Origin: an uncultured Clostridium sp. | GTDB lineage: Bacteria; Bacillota; Clostridia; TANB77; CAG-508 | Direction of reading: 5' to 3' | Length of the DNA: 63,130 bases | Assembly (NCBI GenBank): GCA_945949485.1 | Contig: CAMFER010000001.1 | Coordinates: 68,099-131,228 of the forward strand | In this document: positions 61,346-63,130 of the stretch, one piece after another | Layout of the letters: every line of letters begins with the position of its first letter | Position numbering within the stretch: position 1 is the stretch's first letter | Translations under genes and position numbers: made by a program | Notes under the pieces: model-generated | Database searches by the model: none | Told to the model about the DNA's origin: nothing | What the model saw: only the letters and a program-made list of their open reading frames with translations

Positions 61346-61882
61346 TTATATTGTTTTTTCTTCCAAAATATTTCCATCTACATCTTTTAATATTATTCTA
61401 TTTTCTTCAAGTATTATATAACTATTTTTTGTATTATTTTTAGGTAAAGATATTGAGCCTGGATTTGCATAAATTTTGCCTTCTTTTTCTTTAATGAATC
61501 CTGAATGAAAATGTCCATACATCATAATATCAAATTCTTCTTTTGGTAATTTCTCAATATTATATTTATGTCCATGTGTAAAAAATATTTTTCTTCCATT
61601 CTCATTTAATACTATATTATTTTCAAACCCAAATTCAGAAATCATTTCATCTACTTCTGCATCACAGTTTCCTTTAACTACTAACAATTTATCTTTTAGT
61701 GAATTTAATATTTCTGCCACTTTCATTGGATTATATTCTTTTGTAAGTGGATTTCTTGGTCCATGATAATATAAATCTCCTAGTAAAACGATTTTTTCAG
61801 GATTTTCTTTTTCATTAATTTCTAATATTTTCTCTGCATAATAACTTGAACCATGTATATCTGAAACAACTAATATCTTCAT
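61346..61882 (-). CDS. YfcE-family metallophosphoesterase
   Basis: MKILVVSDIHG, GDLYYHG, GNCD and THGH are calcineurin-like phosphoesterase motifs. Confidence 0.85.
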   Translation of the reverse strand: MKILVVSDIHGSSYYAEKILEINEKENPEKIVLLGDLYYHGPRNPLTKEYNPMKVAEILNSLKDKLLVVKGNCDAEVDEMISEFGFENNIVLNENGRKIFFTHGHKYNIEKLPKEEFDIMMYGHFHSGFIKEKEGKIYANPGSISLPKNNTKNSYIILEENRIILKDVDGNILEEKTI

Positions 61883-61927
61883 ACATTTTCCTCCTTTATT
61901 TTATAAAAGAGCAGATAAAATCTGCTC

Positions 61928-62989
61928 CTAGTCTTCTTCACCTTTTAATTTCTCTGCTCTATCTGCTGCTATTAAATTGTCTATCATTTCATCTATATCT
62001 CCATTTAAAAAATTCTCCATTTGATATATACTCATACCAATTCTATGATCTGTTATTCTACCTTGTGGATAGTTGTATGTTCTAATTTTTTCACTTCTAT
62101 CTCCAGATCCTACTTGAGATTTTCTAGCATTTGCAACAGCACTATCTTGTTTTTCTTTTTCTATTTCATATAATTTTGTTCTAAGCATTTTCATTGCATT
62201 ATCTTTATTTTGGAATTGTGATCTCTCTGTCTGACATTCTACTACGATTCCTGTTGGTTCGTGAATCAATCTTACTGCAGATGATGTTTTATTTATATGT
62301 TGTCCTCCTGCACCAGATGCTCTGAAAACTTCCATTTTTATATCTGAAGGGTTAATTTCAATCTCTACATCCTCTACCACTGGTAAAACTGCAACAGTAG
62401 CTGTTGATGTATGAATTCTTCCACTACTTTCTGTATCTGGAACTCTTTGTACTCTATGAACTCCACTTTCGAATTTCAATCTACTATATACACCTTTTCC
62501 TGTAACCATAAATGATATTTCTTTATATCCACCTAGTCCTGTTTCATTTTCATTTAGTACTTCTAATTTCCAATGTTTTTTCTCTGCATACATTGAATAC
62601 ATTCTAAATAGTGTTCCTGCAAAAAGAGCTGCTTCTTCTCCTCCAGCTCCTGCCCTTATTTCACAAATAATATTTTTGTCGTCATCTGGATCTTTAGGGA
62701 TTAATAAAAATTTAAGTTCTTCTTCTAACCCTGGTAATTTCTCTTTAGAACTATAATATTCTTCTTCTGCAAGTTCTTTCATATCCGGATCTTTTAATAG
62801 TTCTTCCGCTTCTTCCATTGCTTGTTTTACTTTTTTGTATTCTCTAAATTTTAGTACAATTTCTTCAATACTTGCATGTTCTTTCATTAATTTTTGCCAT
62901 TCTGTATGATTATTAATAACTTCTGGATCAGAAATCATTTTTGTTAATTCATCATACCTTTTTTCAACTGCTTCAAGTTTTTCAAACAT
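61928..62989 (-). CDS. prfA: peptide chain release factor 1
   Basis: PAT-equivalent region, the GGQ motif ([11 protein letters not shown]), and RF1-like length of 353 aa. Confidence 0.95.
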   Translation of the reverse strand: MFEKLEAVEKRYDELTKMISDPEVINNHTEWQKLMKEHASIEEIVLKFREYKKVKQAMEEAEELLKDPDMKELAEEEYYSSKEKLPGLEEELKFLLIPKDPDDDKNIICEIRAGAGGEEAALFAGTLFRMYSMYAEKKHWKLEVLNENETGLGGYKEISFMVTGKGVYSRLKFESGVHRVQRVPDTESSGRIHTSTATVAVLPVVEDVEIEINPSDIKMEVFRASGAGGQHINKTSSAVRLIHEPTGIVVECQTERSQFQNKDNAMKMLRTKLYEIEKEKQDSAVANARKSQVGSGDRSEKIRTYNYPQGRITDHRIGMSIYQMENFLNGDIDEMIDNLIAADRAEKLKGEED

Positions 62990-63130
62990 AATTTTTCTCC
63001 TTCTTTCTAATGCTTTTGTTATTATACTATATTTCTAACCATTTTACAAGTTTATATATATATATGTATGAGTTTTTATGAAAGAAATGTGATAATGTCT
63101 TAAGTAAAGAAATGAGAAAATGTCCCAACT

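Noticed and set aside
1-63130. Scanned for rRNA, tRNA, RNase P / SRP / tmRNA cores, T-box motifs, CRISPR repeat arrays, transposases, integrases and phage genes.
   Set aside because: Apart from those already listed, none of the few GC-rich islands was examined further or matched anything sought. No regularly spaced direct repeats and no recombinase-like ORFs were seen.

Overview
Chromosomal window from a very AT-rich, spore-forming Firmicute that looks Clostridia-like (spoIIE, a Spo0E-like gene and coat-F genes are present). GC is about a quarter to 30% by eye. About 90% of the genes lie on the minus strand. All product calls rest on motifs read by eye from the ORF translations; no searches were run.

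Gene content (mostly core functions):
- A complete dehydrogenase-variant DAP pathway cluster: asd-ddh convergent with aspartokinase-dapA-dapB.
- Two M16 peptidases, rpsU, nrdG, ftsH, tilS, dnaB, rplI, gdpP, rpoC and rpoB.
- xth, lemA-htpX, tatD, acpS and spoIIE.
- radC-mreBCD-mrdA-minC, mecA, an M23 peptidase, pcrA, a LMW phosphatase, a ZIP transporter and prfA.
- No rRNA, tRNA, CRISPR array or mobile element was recognised.

Main observations:
1. Four unrelated genes (aspartokinase, gdpP, radC, ZIP transporter) are each broken by the same lesion. One extra C sits directly 5' of a conserved glycine codon and creates a zero-frame CGG. By manual scan, these are four of only five in-frame CGG codons in the window. 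The cause is either a systematic sequence artefact or recurrent +1 frameshifting at a nearly unused 'hungry' CGG codon.
2. A membrane-anchored FGE/C-type-lectin-like gene is wedged between gdpP and rplI. It ends in a ~100-nt patch of about 50% GC dominated by NNC codons, which is the signature of a diversity-generating-retroelement variable region. No template repeat or reverse transcriptase lies in the window.
3. A two-gene surface-protein operon lies at 39-47.5 kb. It encodes a 1625-aa DUF11/SdrD-B-like protein and a ~1200-aa protein with thioester-domain motifs (FCFE ... LQNAIW). Both end in atypical xxxTG sorting signals, and no sortase is nearby. The operon sits where minD/minE would normally follow minC.
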